A stretch of 64,000 nt of DNA from Podarcis muralis (taxonomy: Eukaryota). A program made the position numbers and the translations under genes. This document shows, piece by piece, positions 62,352-64,000 of this stretch. Position 1 is the stretch's first letter; every line of letters begins with the position of its first letter. Under the pieces are notes generated by a model that had not been told where the DNA came from, searched no databases, and was given only the letters and a program-made list of their open reading frames with translations. The stretch covers positions 21,638,001 to 21,702,000 of the forward strand of contig NC_135667.1 in NCBI RefSeq assembly GCF_964188315.1, in the 5' to 3' direction.

Positions 62352-62378
62352 GAGATGTGGGAAATGGCACTCAGACAG
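62352..62378 (+). CDS. Paralogue E micro-exon 2b (27 nt)
   Basis: ttatttttag|GAGATGTGGGAAATGGCACTCAGACAG|gtaaga; encodes (G)DVGNGTQT. Confidence 0.75.
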
Positions 62379-62558
62379 GTAAGAGATCAGCGAAAACAGG
62401 TTCTCTCACTGAAAATCACAGGGTCATTGTAGCAGCACAGTGAAACTAGGGGGTGGGCTCTGAGGAATATGTCCTTTGCCTGGACATCTTGGGGAAGAGG
62501 TTAAAACCGATATGTTTGTCAATTTCCTGCCACCTTCTCTTTCTCTCTGTTTTGCCAG

Positions 62559-62721
62559 TGTGTGGTCGGGTGATGCCCCAAAACCGTATTGTGGGGGGAA
62601 AAGATGCTTCTCGTGGGGACTGGCCGTGGCAAGTCAGCCTCCAATATAATGGACAGCATGCCTGTGGAGGGACCCTCATCAGTGCTGACTGGGTGCTGAC
62701 AGCAGCCCACTGCTTCCCCAA
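62559..62721 (+). CDS. Paralogue E exon 3 (activation site and catalytic His); the gene continues beyond the window
   Basis: tttgccag|[54 protein letters not shown]|gtgagt; 163 nt. Confidence 0.95.
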
Positions 62722-63467
62722 GTGAGTAACAGGGAGAATGGCCTTGGAGTGTGTAATGGGAAAAATGAGTAGGCAAAAGATCTGACCTAGCCTTTTCAAA
62801 GAACGCAGAAGCAGGACTTGTGAGAGCCTGCCTTACACACCCTTTGAAGATAGTACAGATCCGTCCCTGCGTGTTTAGTGTTCGTTTTCTTAAAAGCAAG
62901 TCACTAGCCCTCGTGGAGGAATAAGGAGAGGCAGAATTCCCCCTTTTTGTTCTCTATGAAGTAACAGATATTTAAACATATTAGGCCTCTGGAATTATGC
63001 TCTGGCTGTTTGGCAATGATCCACTGCCATGCTAGGTCCTCTCCCCACAAAGTTTGCCTTCAGCAACTTTAAAAGGGCACCTGAAAAGGAGCTGTGCAAG
63101 GCAGAACTTCGTGGTGAGAAAGGCCTGCTCACAAGTACAGATGTAAAAAGAAAATGTTTTCCATTCTGCCCTTTATTTGTAACCTACAGCACTGTTTGTT
63201 ATACTGCAGTTTGTCTTTACTCAAAACTATGCTATCAGTCCCTCTGCCCATTGTGGCAAAATTATTTAATTTACATAATTAATTACATAAATTATGTAAT
63301 TTCTGTTGGAATTATCTGATATCCCTATTCACAAGTCTTCAATCCTGTCATTCTCTGTTCTCTCCCTTGAGAAAACCCAGGAGCTTCAAGAGAAAGCCTA
63401 CCTGATATGTCAGGTCAGCTGAGCTTCTACCCCATTCCCCTCCCAACCCAAAACACATAATCCCCCC

Positions 63468-64000
63468 TGTCAGGGGTTCAGGAGCAGAGGGACAGGAGAG
63501 GGAGGAAGTAGAGACCGAGGGAGAGGAATCTGAGGGAGAAGTCAGCGAGGGTAGCCATCCGAGGTCTCTAAGTCTCTCCAGTGAATCAGAGGATTCACAG
63601 AAAGGGGCCCCAGTGGTCAGAGCCAGGGGGTTGCCAGAGGGAACACCCCAGGAAGGAGGGGCCAGAGGGGACTCAGAGAGCAGCAGCTGGAAATCGGGAC
63701 CAACTTTCCCACCGGAGAGCAGTAAGGGGGAGGAGTCCCAAACATCGGCAGCAGGCAGCCTTCCGTCAGCGGAAGGACATGAGTCAGGGTTAGCCACGCC
63801 TGCATCAGAGAGCGAGGTAACGGTCAAAAGGAAGGTCAGGGGCAGCGCGCGCGCGCCAAGTTCAAATGTACAGGAGGGGGGCGCAATGGGCAGTCCGGAG
63901 AGAGAGCCGGGTCCCAAAGCCCGCCGGAGAGAAGGGGAGGAGTCCGAAGGGTCCGCTTCCGAGGCATCCCGGAAAGAAGGCACCCAGGGGGGTAGTAGGA
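63468..64000 (+). mobile_element. Young LTR-like insertion (5' part; truncated by the window end)
   Basis: Abrupt switch to GC/CpG-rich, purine-rich sequence starting TGTCAGG; open on both strands; LTR identity is inferred because the other end is not visible. Confidence 0.5.

Overview
Vertebrate genomic DNA from a squamate reptile, most likely a lacertid lizard (inferred from the Sauria-SINE subfamilies, BovB, CR1 and L2 content). Most short ORFs in the supplied track are noise from repeats. The window holds a tandem cluster of at least five trypsin-like (S1A) serine protease paralogues of the PRSS27/PRSS33/prostasin/gamma-tryptase type, labelled A-E here. A (exon 1 only), B and C are on the minus strand; D and E (partial) are on the plus strand, so C and D are head-to-head. 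I assembled B (309 aa), C (322 aa) and D (318 aa) by hand into complete 6-exon CDSs. Each has GT-AG junctions, consistent phases, a signal peptide, a 21-nt micro-exon, an intact His/Asp/Ser triad, Asp189 and a hydrophobic GPI-like tail. A full-length, apparently intact L1 (ORF1, ORF2, 20-bp TSD) sits antisense in intron 2 of B. The main second-look items are: paired loss of the Cys1-Cys122 propeptide disulfide in B; an extra Cys pair in C; a non-coding block conserved upstream of A, B and C; a duplicated exon-6 acceptor in B; twin 27-nt micro-exons in E; a MITE built from six long hairpins; and an LTR-like insert in E that carries an in-frame acceptor and a long acidic open frame. All gene models, residue numbering and repeat family names come from manual reading without database searches.
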